From the NCBI GenBank assembly GCA_965215005.1, contig CBDCCZ010000018.1, forward strand, positions 256,001 through 320,000: a DNA stretch of 64,000 bases, read 5' to 3'. The notes under the pieces were generated by a model. The model searched no databases, was not told the origin of the DNA, and saw only the letters and a list, made by a program, of their open reading frames with translations. This stretch comes from Kofleriaceae bacterium (GTDB lineage: Bacteria; Myxococcota_A; Polyangia; Haliangiales; Haliangiaceae). The translations under genes and the position numbers were made by a program. Of the stretch, positions 40,084-52,440 are shown in pieces (within the stretch, counting starts at the first letter, position 1; the number at the start of each line of letters is the position of its first letter).

Positions 40084-41204
40084 CGCCGCTCCTTGCGAGG
40101 CCCGCGATCGCTGGCCAATGCGACGCGCACCACGCCGGAATCGCTTCGCACGCGAACCGCCGCGCGGCGGCCGGTTTTGAGCTGCTCGCGCTCATCGCGA
40201 ATCTCGCCAAACAGCTCTTCGAGCAAGTCTTCCATGGTGATCAAACCGATCAGCTTGCCGTACTCGTTGACGACCAGCGCCATGTGGATCTTGCGATTCT
40301 TGAAGATGCGAAACAGGCGCTCTAATGGGATGGTGCGCGGCACGAACAGCGGCTCATGCAAGAGCTGCGTGAGCGGCCGCGGCGCCGCCAACGCCGCCGC
40401 CTGCACTACCAGATCCTTGGCGTAGAGAATGCCGCGAATGTTGTCGAGCGACTTTTGATAGATGGGGACGCGCGAGTAGCCGCGTGTGGCTACCTCTTTG
40501 ACCAACCGCGTCAGTGGTAGCTCATAGGAGAGCGCAAAGATCTTGTCGCGCGGCTCCATGATGTCACCAACGGTCTTGTCGCCAAACTCGAAGACCTTGT
40601 GGATGAGGAGCTGCTCGCGAACGTCCACCGCGCCTTCCGCGCTGCCGGCATCGACCAAGGTACGGAACTCAGCTTCGCTCATCTGCTTGCTGACCCGCGA
40701 TGCAGTGCTGCTGCCAAACGGCCGCAGCGCCAGGCCCGCGATGAAGTGAACCACCACCCGCACCGGCAACACCAGCCAGCTCCACAGCCACAGCGGCCGA
40801 GCGGCAAACCGAACCCAGCCGAGCGAGGTCTTGATCGCGAGGCTCTTGGGGGTGATTTCGCCGAAGAACAAGAGCAGCGGCAGCGCCATGAACGTGGTGA
40901 GAAGGGCCAGCGTGAGCTCGCTGGTGCCGGGAAATAGCAGCGGCGTCATCGAGGCCATCACGGTGGAGACCGAGACGTTGACGACCTCGTTGCCGATGAG
41001 AACCGTGGCGATGAGCTGACGCGGCTTGCTCAGCAGGCGAGCGACCAGCGCATCGGCTTTGTTGGTCGCGCTCTTCATCTGCTCGCGGTCGACGCGGCGC
41101 AGCGAGAACATCGCCACCTCAGTGCCGGAGAAGAACCCCGATAGTAGCACCAGAGTCCCCAGAATGAGAAGATACGGGCCTATGTCGCCCAGCACGTCAC
41201 CCAT
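40080..41204 (-). CDS. CNNM (DUF21-CBS) family protein without CorC domain
   Basis: [26 protein letters not shown] and [24 protein letters not shown] motifs. Confidence 0.9.
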   Translation of the reverse strand: MGDVLGDIGPYLLILGTLVLLSGFFSGTEVAMFSLRRVDREQMKSATNKADALVARLLSKPRQLIATVLIGNEVVNVSVSTVMASMTPLLFPGTSELTLALLTTFMALPLLLFFGEITPKSLAIKTSLGWVRFAARPLWLWSWLVLPVRVVVHFIAGLALRPFGSSTASRVSKQMSEAEFRTLVDAGSAEGAVDVREQLLIHKVFEFGDKTVGDIMEPRDKIFALSYELPLTRLVKEVATRGYSRVPIYQKSLDNIRGILYAKDLVVQAAALAAPRPLTQLLHEPLFVPRTIPLERLFRIFKNRKIHMALVVNEYGKLIGLITMEDLLEELFGEIRDEREQLKTGRRAAVRVRSDSGVVRVALASDRGPRKERR

Positions 41205-42426
41205 CGCGCGACTCAGAGGAAGCAGCGAGCTCATCGGCGATTGTTGGTAGCGACACGATGAAAACGCTGCCGCTGCCGAGGGTGCTCTCGCACCATATCA
41301 TTCCGCCGTGGGCTTCGACGTAGCTCTTGGCCAGCGTAAGGCCTAGGCCGGTGCCGCCATACTCACGCGTCGATGAAGAGTCGACTTGGAAGAACGGCTC
41401 GAAGATGTGCGCCAGCTTCTCGGGGGAGATGCCGATGCCCGAATCGGAAACATACAACCGCAGCCCCAGCCGTGTGGCAACATCGGCACCTCGCCGCAGC
41501 GGCCCAACCTCCGCACGCACCTCGACCCGGCCACCCGCGGGGGTGAACTTGATGGCGTTGGCGAGCAGGTTCCACACCACCTGGCGGATCTTGCGCGCAT
41601 CCCCCAGCACGCGTGGCACCCGCGAGTGGACCACGCTCACCTCCACACCGCGCTTTTGCGCCTGGGGAGCAAACGTCGCCACAACGCTGTCAATGACCTC
41701 GCAGAGTCCTACGGGTGCCGGGCTGAGGTCGAGCTCGCCCGCCTCTAGAAGGGAAGCATCGAGAATGCCGGTGATGAGCTGCAGCAGCTGGTCAGCCTTG
41801 CCGAGGATGGTGCGCACGTAGTCGCGCTGCTCTTCGCCGAGCTCGCCAGCAAGCCCTTCGATGAGCATCTCGCTGTAGCCGATGACGCTCGTGAGCGGCG
41901 TCCGCAGCTCGTGCGACATGGTGGCCAGAAAGTTGGACTTGAGTCGATCGACTTCCTGCATACGCTCGACCGCGCGCTCGAGCCGCTCGTTCTTGGCGGT
42001 GAGCTCGGCGAACGAATCGGCCATCGCAGCGTCGTGAACCGTGCTGGTGAGATGGCGCGCGAGCGCCGCGTGGATGACGACGCCAAACACCCGCTCAAGC
42101 GCGTGAGCCACGGTTTGGAGCTGGGTCGCGACGCCCGGCCCCACCGCGATCCACGCCAGGCGTCTGCCGTCGACGAGGAGGGGCCGAAGCGCAAAGCCGC
42201 CGCCGCCAAGCTCTAGCGTCCCGCACACCAGCTCGGCAGTGAGCAGCTCCTGATGGCAGTCGCGCTCCTCACCAGTGGCGCAGAGCAATCGGCCGCTGCG
42301 ATCGATGAGCGAGACGCTGGTGGCGTGGAGCTCGGCAAAGCTTGCAGCCACGTCTTCGAGGTCGCGCGCGTTGACGAGCTCAATGAGCTCGACACGCCGG
42401 TCGAGCGCCGACGGGCGGTTCACCAC
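41197..42426 (-). CDS. Cytoplasmic sensor histidine kinase (PocR-like N-terminal domain)
   Basis: [38 protein letters not shown] and GGTGLGL motifs. Confidence 0.92.
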   Translation of the reverse strand: MVNRPSALDRRVELIELVNARDLEDVAASFAELHATSVSLIDRSGRLLCATGEERDCHQELLTAELVCGTLELGGGGFALRPLLVDGRRLAWIAVGPGVATQLQTVAHALERVFGVVIHAALARHLTSTVHDAAMADSFAELTAKNERLERAVERMQEVDRLKSNFLATMSHELRTPLTSVIGYSEMLIEGLAGELGEEQRDYVRTILGKADQLLQLITGILDASLLEAGELDLSPAPVGLCEVIDSVVATFAPQAQKRGVEVSVVHSRVPRVLGDARKIRQVVWNLLANAIKFTPAGGRVEVRAEVGPLRRGADVATRLGLRLYVSDSGIGISPEKLAHIFEPFFQVDSSSTREYGGTGLGLTLAKSYVEAHGGMIWCESTLGSGSVFIVSLPTIADELAASSESRDG

Positions 42427-42459
42427 GGCAGGATAGCATGCACCCGCAGGCGCACGCGC

Positions 42460-43128
42460 TCAGGCGCCCGGAGGCAGATGGATATCCAGGTGCTGTTGCA
42501 GGGCATCGAGAAACGTTTCCCGGCTCATCTTGAAGCTGCGCTCGAGCGGGACATGTTGGTTCACCGCATCCCAGGTGTGCGCAACCAGGCCGAAGAAGCA
42601 CTCGAGCACGCCTTCGCCGCGGAGCGCCGTGGCTAGATACACCGGCCGCTGCCCCCAGTCAAAGTTACTCAGCCCTTCCCCCTCGAGCACCGCAGGCAGA
42701 TCGCGTTTGTTGTACTGCACCACGATGGGCACCCGCGCCGGGTCGAGCCCGACGCGCTGCAGGTTGTCGAGCATGGAAGCGAACGACTCGCGATTCGCCT
42801 CGGCCTGCGCCGGATCGGAATCGGCGATGAACGCAATGCCATCGGCCCCTTGCAGCACCACGCGACGAGTTGCGGCATGCATCGGCTGCCCCGGAACCGT
42901 GTAGACCTTGAGGCGGAACGAGAGCCCCGAGGCCTCGAAGAACAGCGGCAACAAGTCGAAGAACAGCGTTCGGTCGTCGCGAGTCTCCAACGTGAGCAAA
43001 CGACCGCGGCCGCGCTCGTCGACCCGATCGTGGAGCTGTCGCAGGTTGGTGGTCTTACCCGACAGCGGCGGCCCGTAATAGACCAGCTTTAGGGTGAGCT
43101 CGCGCTCGTTGACATCGACGAAAGCCAC
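42460..43128 (-). CDS. sofG: MglA/SofG-family small Ras-like GTPase (SofG-like)
   Basis: [40 protein letters not shown] and NKRD motifs. No adjacent mglB. The [13 protein letters not shown] segment resembles SofG. Confidence 0.75.
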   Translation of the reverse strand: MAFVDVNERELTLKLVYYGPPLSGKTTNLRQLHDRVDERGRGRLLTLETRDDRTLFFDLLPLFFEASGLSFRLKVYTVPGQPMHAATRRVVLQGADGIAFIADSDPAQAEANRESFASMLDNLQRVGLDPARVPIVVQYNKRDLPAVLEGEGLSNFDWGQRPVYLATALRGEGVLECFFGLVAHTWDAVNQHVPLERSFKMSRETFLDALQQHLDIHLPPGA

Positions 43129-43181
43129 GGAAATGAGAGACGAACGTACGCCTGCGATGGCCCGTGGATCAAGCACGCGAG

Positions 43182-43862
43182 CTACGGCAACTGCGCGGCT
43201 CGGCTGGAGCGTTCTTGGCTGGACTGGTGCTCGCCGTTTCCCTGCCCGAGCAGCATGTAGGTAGCGCCCGCGCCGCCGAGCACGACCAGCATGATGAGCA
43301 TGAGCAGCACGCCGCGGTACGGCTCTTTGTCGTTCGCGGCATCCTTGCTCGCGACCGCCCGCGACAGCAGCGCCGCCTCAGCCATCTTGGCGATGCGCGC
43401 AAGCCGCGCCTCGTCAGTTGCGTCGCCGCCGTGATCGCGAAGGCGAGCGCGATAGCGGCGAGCGGCGTCGCTGTAGGCGCTTTGGGCTGCGACTCGCTCG
43501 AGAAAGCGCTCGTGGGCACCGGCGTCGTGCCATGCGGCGAGGCAGGCGCGCCACGCTGCTTCGAGGCGCGGCTCGAGCGTGCGATGCGCGGCGTCCCACG
43601 CGGCGAAGCGATCCGCGGCCAACCCGCAGACGCGGCACGCCGAGGCCGGCGGTTGCTCGCTGCCGCACTTGGGACAGCTCATCGCTGCGTCGGCGGGCGG
43701 CGCTGAGGGTTGGTCGACCACCGCCTCGGCTGCCGTCGCAGCGCGGGTCTCGGCTACGTGGTAGCTGGCCGAGCAGGCCCCGCAGGTGACCTGAATGCCT
43801 GCGCCCACCACGCGAAAGCGAATGCCGACGATCTCCTTGCACTTTAGGCACTGGACTTTCAA
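43182..43862 (-). CDS. Zinc-ribbon membrane protein
   Basis: CLKC..CGAC and CPKC..CRVC pairs; C-terminal TM. Confidence 0.75.
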   Translation of the reverse strand: MKVQCLKCKEIVGIRFRVVGAGIQVTCGACSASYHVAETRAATAAEAVVDQPSAPPADAAMSCPKCGSEQPPASACRVCGLAADRFAAWDAAHRTLEPRLEAAWRACLAAWHDAGAHERFLERVAAQSAYSDAARRYRARLRDHGGDATDEARLARIAKMAEAALLSRAVASKDAANDKEPYRGVLLMLIMLVVLGGAGATYMLLGQGNGEHQSSQERSSRAAQLP

Positions 43863-43871
43863 AGGCTCACC

Positions 43872-44801
43872 TCACACGAGCGCGCGCATCGGCACCGGCG
43901 TAAAGATCAGAATGAACACGAGCAGCATGAACAACGCCAGCCGTCGACGGCCTGGCGACAGCTGGGCCTGTCCCACCGGCGGGTGATAATCGCCCCCCGC
44001 CATTCGACGCATGATCAGCAGCAGCAGCGCCCACAAACACCACGGAACGGCTCCCCAGCTGGCATGCGAGAGAGCGCGGCCCCAGCCAAGGCCTGCATCG
44101 CGAGCCTCGATCATCAACGCGGCACCCACGATCGCCGCGATGCCCAGGAGAGCGCCGTGCAAAATCCCCGAGGTGCGCTCGTGGCGGCTGCCAAGCACCG
44201 CACAAGCGACATGCCCTCCGTCGAGCTGACCGATGGGTAATAGGTTGATGAAGGTGATGAGAATGCCCACCCATGCCGCAAACGCCATTGGATGGAGCTG
44301 CACATCGGTTCCATCGGCTGCCGGTAGATATCGGCCAAATGCCAGATACTTGAGCGCGATATAGGCGATGGAGTTTCCTTCGAGCACCGCGCCGGGCTCG
44401 GCAACCCCGCTGGTCGGCGAAAACCAAAGACCTACGATCAGAAGCGGCACGGCGACCACCAGGCCAGCAATCGGGCCTGCGGCGCCGACGTCGAGGAGCT
44501 TGTCGCGATCCTCGATCGGCGTGCGCATGCGGATGATGGCGCCCATGGTGCCGAGTGAGATCATCGGCGGCAGCGGGATGAAGTACGGCAGCGACGCATC
44601 CACGCCGTGATGGCGCGCGACGACGAAGTGACCCATCTCGTGACAAACGAGAATCGTCATCAAGGTGGCCGAGAACGCAGCTCCCGCCCACACGCCGCCG
44701 GGCGGATACGTAAGCCCAAACAGGAACGTGGTCACACACGAAGCAGCAAAGAGCAGCGCGTGGAGAAGGTACCGAGGGCGCTCGCGCGCGGAAGGCTGCA
44801 C
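43872..44801 (-). CDS. Site-2 protease (peptidase M50)
   Basis: HEMGH, LPYFIP, GTMGA, AAGPIAG and NLLPIGQLDGGH motifs. Start set at GTG 44801. Confidence 0.92.
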   Translation of the reverse strand: MQPSARERPRYLLHALLFAASCVTTFLFGLTYPPGGVWAGAAFSATLMTILVCHEMGHFVVARHHGVDASLPYFIPLPPMISLGTMGAIIRMRTPIEDRDKLLDVGAAGPIAGLVVAVPLLIVGLWFSPTSGVAEPGAVLEGNSIAYIALKYLAFGRYLPAADGTDVQLHPMAFAAWVGILITFINLLPIGQLDGGHVACAVLGSRHERTSGILHGALLGIAAIVGAALMIEARDAGLGWGRALSHASWGAVPWCLWALLLLIMRRMAGGDYHPPVGQAQLSPGRRRLALFMLLVFILIFTPVPMRALV

Positions 44802-44877
44802 GTCGATAGAGTAGCAATCCGCGCTGGCGTAGCGATAGCCGCCGCAGAGTCGTGGCGATAGAGAGCTCCGTGAGCCG

Positions 44878-46293
44878 CTAATACTCGTGTAGGACGAAGT
44901 CGCCGCGCTGCACTCGCAGGACCAGAACCTGCCGAAGCATCGCACCTCCCGCGGCAAATGCGGCCGGTCCGGCGGCGCCATCGCCGCGGACGCCGCGGAG
45001 GTGCCGCGCCAGCGCAACGCGCGGCTGAGCGTCACCGGCCGCCTCTTGGCGCGCTTGCAACACCATGCGGGTGGTGTCGAAGGTTTGCGCCACGGTAGCG
45101 CCGGGGACGACACCGGTGCGGTGGAGAAACGCCTGCGCGAAGGTTGCGGCCTGCTCGTTGGCAAACTGCTCGTTGTCCGAGCCCATCCACGTGTCGAGCA
45201 CCACGGCACCTTCCACGGCTGCACCGCCCCGGGTCGGTAGACTCGGATGGTGCCAGCCGGAGGAGCCCAAGAGCTGCACCGTCTGCGGCATCCGGCCGTG
45301 CTTGCGCCGCAGCCGCGAGAGGTCCATGAAGTCGCCGGTGCGCGGCTCGACGTTGAAGTAAGGCAAGTACGAGGCGATCAGCGCGGCGCGCTCGTAGCCA
45401 TCGGGGATGTAGAGAAGCTCGAACGGCACCTCGGGCGAAAAGGTCTTCCAGCCATTCTTGCCGGCGGTGCGCAGGTGGCGACGGAGACGCTCGTTGGTGT
45501 GCGGGTCGAGACCGAAGAAGGCTTTGAGCTCGCGCTCGAGGTTGGCGGCGGCGGGGTCGTAGCTGCCGCTTGCCACCAGCGGCAGGCCCGCCTCCCGCGC
45601 GGCGGCCGCGAACGCCGCGGCTTGCTCGGCGCCAAGCGCGTCTTTAGGCGCCAACACCGCGAGGCGATCGTAGCCGAGCTCGATGGCAACCTCGGCGGCG
45701 GCGCGTGCTTCGGCAGCGGGCGAAAGGAGGCCGTAAAATCGCCAGCTCGCCGTGGCAGCGGCGCCGGGATTGCTCGCTTCGCCGTGCAACAGGACGATGG
45801 GCACCCCCAGCTCGGCGGCGCGCTCGGCCGCCGCGGCGCCCTCTTGCTGCCCCACCGGACCGACGATGGCGATCGCGTGGTGCTCGAGCACAGCGGCATC
45901 GACCGCGGCGCGCGCTCGCTCTACCTCCCCGGCCGTATCGATGAACGTGAGCTGCGCCGAATCGCCCGCGGCGGCAAGCTCGATGGCGGCGCGCAGCGGC
46001 CGCCCGAGCGAGGCGTAGCGACCCGAGAGCGGTAGCAACACGGCGATGCGCGCCGGATCGACGGGCGCGACGGGCGCGACGGGCGCAGCGGGCGCAGCGG
46101 GCGTCGTCGCTGTAGCGCTGGCGGCGGCGTCCTGCGCCGCGGCAGCACCGACGTCCTCGAGGTCGGCCGGCGACGCGTGGCGTTGCTCGACGTGCTCGTA
46201 GCGCGGTGGGCGCGCCGGCCTGCCGCACGCGAGCACCAGCGCAGACGCGATCAGCAACGCGCCCCGCGCTCGCAGCTCAGGCGCCACGCGCAA
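44878..46293 (-). CDS. LpoA-like / periplasmic-binding-fold lipoprotein
   Basis: Lipobox VLAC; IAVLLPLSG, IVGP, FELLYIPD and QLLGSSGW motifs. Confidence 0.75.
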   Translation of the reverse strand: MRVAPELRARGALLIASALVLACGRPARPPRYEHVEQRHASPADLEDVGAAAAQDAAASATATTPAAPAAPVAPVAPVDPARIAVLLPLSGRYASLGRPLRAAIELAAAGDSAQLTFIDTAGEVERARAAVDAAVLEHHAIAIVGPVGQQEGAAAAERAAELGVPIVLLHGEASNPGAAATASWRFYGLLSPAAEARAAAEVAIELGYDRLAVLAPKDALGAEQAAAFAAAAREAGLPLVASGSYDPAAANLERELKAFFGLDPHTNERLRRHLRTAGKNGWKTFSPEVPFELLYIPDGYERAALIASYLPYFNVEPRTGDFMDLSRLRRKHGRMPQTVQLLGSSGWHHPSLPTRGGAAVEGAVVLDTWMGSDNEQFANEQAATFAQAFLHRTGVVPGATVAQTFDTTRMVLQARQEAAGDAQPRVALARHLRGVRGDGAAGPAAFAAGGAMLRQVLVLRVQRGDFVLHEY

Positions 46294-46441
46294 ACGACTG
46301 CCCCATTCTGAACGCCGCTGCGTCCCGGCTGGCGACGTTGCTCATCGGTTGCGTAGGCCCACGACCCGCCCTCTTCGCGCCTCGCCATCCGGGCGCCTCC
46401 GCGGAGCCCACATGGCGGACCGGTCATTGTCGCGCGGCACC

Positions 46442-47382
46442 TCAGGCATCGAACAGCGAGCGCACCTTGTCCATGAAGCCCTTCTTCTGCGGATGCGCGA
46501 GGGCGCCGCCGCTTTCCTTGGCAAACTGCTCGAGCAGCTCGCGCTGCTTGGACGTGAGCCCGGTGGGCGTTTCTATTAGCACCCGCACGAGTTGGTCGCC
46601 TCGCACCGCGCTCTTGGACGCCGAGCGGGGGATGCCGCGGCCGCGAATGCGAAACACACGCCCTGACTGCGTGGCTTCGGGAATGCGCATCCGAACCCTG
46701 CCATCTACGGTGGGAATCTCGATCACCGCACCGAGCGCCGCCTGCGGAAATGTGATGGGCACTTCGCACCAAACGTCGTGACCTTCGCGGCGAAACACCG
46801 AGTGCTCCTTGATGCGGACGATCACGTGCAAATCGCCCGGCTGGGCGCCGCCGCGGCCGCCCTCGCCTTCGCCTTTGAGCATCTTGACCGCGCCCTCTTT
46901 GGTGCCCGGCGGGATGTTGACGGTGAACTCGCGCTCCTGCCGCGGCGCGCTGCCCTCTTCACCGCTCGGGTCGGGAATGCGGATGGTTTTCTTGCAGCCA
47001 AACGCGGCCTCTTCGAACGCCAGCTCGAGGGTGTAACGTAGATCGCGACCGCGCTTTTTCTGCCGCCGCCGCCGCAAGATATCGCCGACGAGCTCGTCGA
47101 AGGCATCGACCACCGAACCAAACCCGCCGGCAACGTCGCCTTGATCGACTCCGGTGAACCCGTAGCGGTCGTAGCGAGCGCGGGTCTTGGCGTTGGAGAG
47201 GACCGCGTAGGCCTCGTTGGCCTCCTTGAATCGCATCTCTGCCAGGTCGTTGTCGGGGTTGATGTCGGGATGGTACTTGCGCGCCATCTCGCGAAAGGCG
47301 CGCTTGAGGTCCGCCTCTTCGGCCTCGCGGCTCACGCCGAGAACCTCGTAGTAGTCCCGTTTCCGGCTTCGGGTGGTTGCGC

Positions 47383-47386
<4 letters not shown>
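46442..47386 (-). CDS. dnaJ: DnaJ-class co-chaperone lacking zinc finger (type II)
   Basis: [28 protein letters not shown] and QAALG motifs; no CxxCxGxG repeats. Confidence 0.9.
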
Positions 47387-49248
<1,862 letters not shown>

Positions 49249-49250
49249 CG

Positions 49251-49276
49251 CTAGCTCCTGCTCCGGGAGGAGCTAG
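49251..49276 (-). promoter_or_regulatory. Hairpin sequestering the dnaK Shine-Dalgarno sequence
   Basis: Minus strand CTAGCTCCT-N8-AGGAGCTAG-CG-GTG places the AGGAG SD inside a 9-bp stem. Confidence 0.6.
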
Positions 49277-49421
49277 TCACGCGCGACGTCAGGCCGCACC
49301 ACGCTATCGCGATGCTCCCCGGTCGCCACGCCACCCGCGACTCACGAAAATCCTCGTGAGCCGCGCGATGCCGCCGGCGCTTGCCTGCGCTCGTTGCCGT
49401 CCTCATGAAACCTGCCCGCGC

Positions 49422-50156
49422 CTACGCGTTGCCGTTGCCTCCCTCGGCGGACCGCTCCCCGCTGTCAGCACCATTGGCCGATGGCGGCGGGGCCGCGGGC
49501 GCCTTGGCGACGATGACCAGCGCCGGCCGCAATAGCCGCTCGCCGATTTTGTAGCCGCGTTGCAGCTGCTGCACCACCACGCCGGGCGCATGCTCCGCGC
49601 TTTCCTGCTGGCCGATGGCCTCATGGACGTTGGGATCGAAGGGCTTGCCCGCCGCGTCCACCGCAAACACGTTGCACTTCTCGAGCGCTTGCTCGAACTG
49701 GCGAAGCACCAGCCGCACGCCCTCGATAAGGGCATTGGCCTCGGGGTCCTCGGCGTGCCCCTGCTGCTCGGCGTGTTGGACCGCGCGCTCGAGATTGTCG
49801 ATGACCGGCAGCATCTCGCGCAGCACCGAGCCCCGCGCTTCGACGCGGGCATCGTCGAGCTCGCGGCGGGTTCGCTTGCGCAGGTTTTCCATATCGGCGG
49901 TGGCGCGTAGCACGCGTTCCCAGTGCTCTTGCTTCTCGCGCTCGACCGTCGCCAGCGTTTGCTGGAGCTCAACCAGTCGCGCGCTGTCGTCGGCGGGCTC
50001 GGCCTTGGCGGGCGGCTCGGTCTCGACCTCAATCGCGACGTCGCCGTCCTCCGGCGATGCTTGGCTTGCGGAGTCGGTGGCCTCGGCGATATCTGGGGCC
50101 TCGACGCGGTTGTCATCGACGGGATGGGATTGCCCGTTGGTCGACTTTTCGCTCAT
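49422..50156 (-). CDS. grpE: Nucleotide exchange factor GrpE
   Basis: [27 protein letters not shown] and QRGY...RLLRPA.V motifs. Confidence 0.96.
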   Translation of the reverse strand: MSEKSTNGQSHPVDDNRVEAPDIAEATDSASQASPEDGDVAIEVETEPPAKAEPADDSARLVELQQTLATVEREKQEHWERVLRATADMENLRKRTRRELDDARVEARGSVLREMLPVIDNLERAVQHAEQQGHAEDPEANALIEGVRLVLRQFEQALEKCNVFAVDAAGKPFDPNVHEAIGQQESAEHAPGVVVQQLQRGYKIGERLLRPALVIVAKAPAAPPPSANGADSGERSAEGGNGNA

Positions 50157-50217
50157 TTGCTTAGAGATTACACGAAAGGCCGCCAGAGGCGCGCGGCGGT
50201 GCCCGGACTTCGCGCGC

Positions 50218-51288
50218 CTACAGCTCGCCCATGATCCGCGACACCAGATCGGCGGTAAAATCGACCACCGACATGACCTTGCCGTAGTTCATTCGCATCG
50301 GGCCAATCACCGCAACGGCGCCGATGGGACGGTCATCGGGACCATAAGGCATCGACACCACGGACGACTCGCCGAGAGGCCCAAAGGCGGTTTCGGGGCC
50401 CAGCAGAACCTGAATCCCCGAGGCGCCGAGGGTACGGTCGAGGAGCCGCACCAGCACTTCTTTGTCCTCGAGCGCCGCCAGCAGCTCGCGCATGCGTTCG
50501 AAGTGCTCGCGTTCGCCCGCCCGGCTCGAATCGAGGAGGTTTGCCCCGCCGGTGACGATGATTTCGGCATCGCGCGTGGTCGCGTCGAGCGCCAGCTTAC
50601 TGAGCCGAAGCGCCTCGGAAACCAGCGAGTCGTAGCGATTCTTCTGCTCGCCGAGCTCACGCAGCACCCGCTCACGCACCTCGCTCAGAGTCAGACCGCC
50701 GAGCAGCTCATTGAGATAGTTGTGGATGCGCTCGAGGCGACTGTCATCGATGCCGAGCTCCGCAGCAACCAGCTTGTTCTCAATGGTTCCCTCGCTGGTG
50801 ACCAGGATGGCCAGCAGCTTGCCGCCGTGCAGCGGCACGAACTCGATGTGTTGAAAGCGCTGCAGCTCCGGGCGAGGCGCCAGGACCACCCCGGCGTGCG
50901 AGGTAACGTGCGACAGCATGCGCGAGGTGCGCGGGATGATGGCGTCGAGGTCGAGCGACTCGATGCCGCAGCGGGATCGAATCTCCTCTTTCTCGCGCGG
51001 CGTCAGGCTGCGAATTTTGAGCAGCGAGTCGATGAAGAAGCGCAGCCCGCTATCGGTTGGCACTCGCCCGGCGGAGGTGTGCGGCTGCTCGAGAAGACCG
51101 AGGTCTTCGAGGTCCGCCATCACGTTGCGAACGGTCGCCGGAGATAGGTCGATCTGGTGCTTACGAGTCACGGTGCGCGAGCCAACCGCCTGGCCGCTCT
51201 GCAGATACTCGGAGACCACCGCGGCGAGAATCTTGCGTGCACGACGGTTGAGCGCACCACTCATGGCTTGGCTGGAGTCAGACGGCAT
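50218..51288 (-). CDS. hrcA: Heat-inducible transcription repressor HrcA
   Basis: [28 protein letters not shown] and VIGPMRMNY motifs. Alternative start 51264. Confidence 0.96.
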   Translation of the reverse strand: MPSDSSQAMSGALNRRARKILAAVVSEYLQSGQAVGSRTVTRKHQIDLSPATVRNVMADLEDLGLLEQPHTSAGRVPTDSGLRFFIDSLLKIRSLTPREKEEIRSRCGIESLDLDAIIPRTSRMLSHVTSHAGVVLAPRPELQRFQHIEFVPLHGGKLLAILVTSEGTIENKLVAAELGIDDSRLERIHNYLNELLGGLTLSEVRERVLRELGEQKNRYDSLVSEALRLSKLALDATTRDAEIIVTGGANLLDSSRAGEREHFERMRELLAALEDKEVLVRLLDRTLGASGIQVLLGPETAFGPLGESSVVSMPYGPDDRPIGAVAVIGPMRMNYGKVMSVVDFTADLVSRIMGEL

Positions 51289-51306
51289 ACGGCGTAACTT
51301 CAGAGT

Positions 51307-52428
51307 TTAGCGTGCCGCGCTCGCAACGCGCGTGGCGATTGCATCGGCGCACAAAAAGCCGCGCAAGGTCGGGCGCAAACGGCCGGATCGAGGCTCGGCG
51401 AGGCCCGCTGCGAGCAACGCATCGGCCAACCCTGGAAAGGTGCGCAAACGCTGCAGGGCGACGCCATCGCTGGTGCGCATCCCGAGCCACACCCGATCTT
51501 CGGCGTATTCTCGAGGAGTTACGATGATTTCCTCGGCGACTGCATGATCTGGGTCTCGCAGATAGGAAGCCGTCGACCGCGCGTTGGTCCAGCGCCGACC
51601 GCCACCGTCGGTGGTGCGAACGAATGATGCAGCGCCGCACCCGAGGCCGAGATATTCGGCGCCGGTCCAATACAGCGAGTTGTGCACCGCGCGATGACCT
51701 GGGCGTGCGTAGGACGAGATCTCATAGTGCTCATAGCCGCGCGCGCTCAGGAGATGATGGGTGCGCTCGTAGAGGTCGGCGAGCTCGTCGGGATCGCGCA
51801 CCGCGAGCTCGCCGCGCGCCGCGCGCTTGCCGAATACGGTGCGCTCTTCGATGGTTAGCTCGTAGACCGATAGGTGCGGAGCGTCGCTGTCGGCGGCGCG
51901 CTCGACGCTCTCGACCGTGGAACCCGAGCCGGGCGCGCCGAGGATCAAGTCGGCCGACAGAGACTGAAAACCGGCCGCAAGCGCCGCGGTGAGCGCGCGG
52001 GCGCCATCACCCATGCGATGATCGCGGCCCAGTGCCACGAGCTCGCCGGCATCATAGGACTGCACGCCGATCGAAAGGCGATTGACCCCCGCCTGCAACC
52101 ACGCCTGCATATTTGCCGGAGTGCAGTCGGTTGGGTTGGCCTCGAGCGTGACCTCACGCGGCACACCGGCAAATCGGGCTCGGACTGCCGCGATGACCTC
52201 GGCGATGCACTCGGGCGCCCACAGCGAGGGCGTGCCGCCGCCGAAATAGATCGAGACCAGCTGCCGGCCCTCGAGCAGCGGCGCCCGCGTCTCGAGCTCT
52301 CGCAGCACCGCATCGCGATAGCGGGTATGCGCGATCGCGCCTTCCGGGGCGACGGTCACCGCAAAGTCGCAGTAAGGACACAGGTTGCGACAATATGGAA
52401 AATGGATATAAACGCCGAATTGCCGCAC
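51307..52428 (-). CDS. hemW: Radical SAM heme chaperone HemW
   Basis: YIHFPYCRNLCPYCDF, YFGGGTPS, EANP, NRLSIGVQS, YEISSYA and HNSLYW motifs. Start set at GTG 52428. Confidence 0.93.
   Translation of the reverse strand: MRQFGVYIHFPYCRNLCPYCDFAVTVAPEGAIAHTRYRDAVLRELETRAPLLEGRQLVSIYFGGGTPSLWAPECIAEVIAAVRARFAGVPREVTLEANPTDCTPANMQAWLQAGVNRLSIGVQSYDAGELVALGRDHRMGDGARALTAALAAGFQSLSADLILGAPGSGSTVESVERAADSDAPHLSVYELTIEERTVFGKRAARGELAVRDPDELADLYERTHHLLSARGYEHYEISSYARPGHRAVHNSLYWTGAEYLGLGCGAASFVRTTDGGGRRWTNARSTASYLRDPDHAVAEEIIVTPREYAEDRVWLGMRTSDGVALQRLRTFPGLADALLAAGLAEPRSGRLRPTLRGFLCADAIATRVASAAR
52385..52412 (+). promoter_or_regulatory. Candidate sigma70 promoter for iscS embedded in hemW
   Basis: TTGCGA-N16-TATAAA lies in an AT-rich patch 28 nt upstream of the iscS TTG. 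Confidence 0.45.
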
Positions 52429-52440
52429 GTCTGAGCACCG

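Noticed and set aside
51057..51082. CIRCE operator (TTGGCACTC half-site in hrcA; also GGCACTC-N9-GAG at ~53001 in iscS)
   Set aside because: Only one half-site matches TTAGCACTC-N9-GAGTGCTAA in each case, and both lie within conserved coding motifs.
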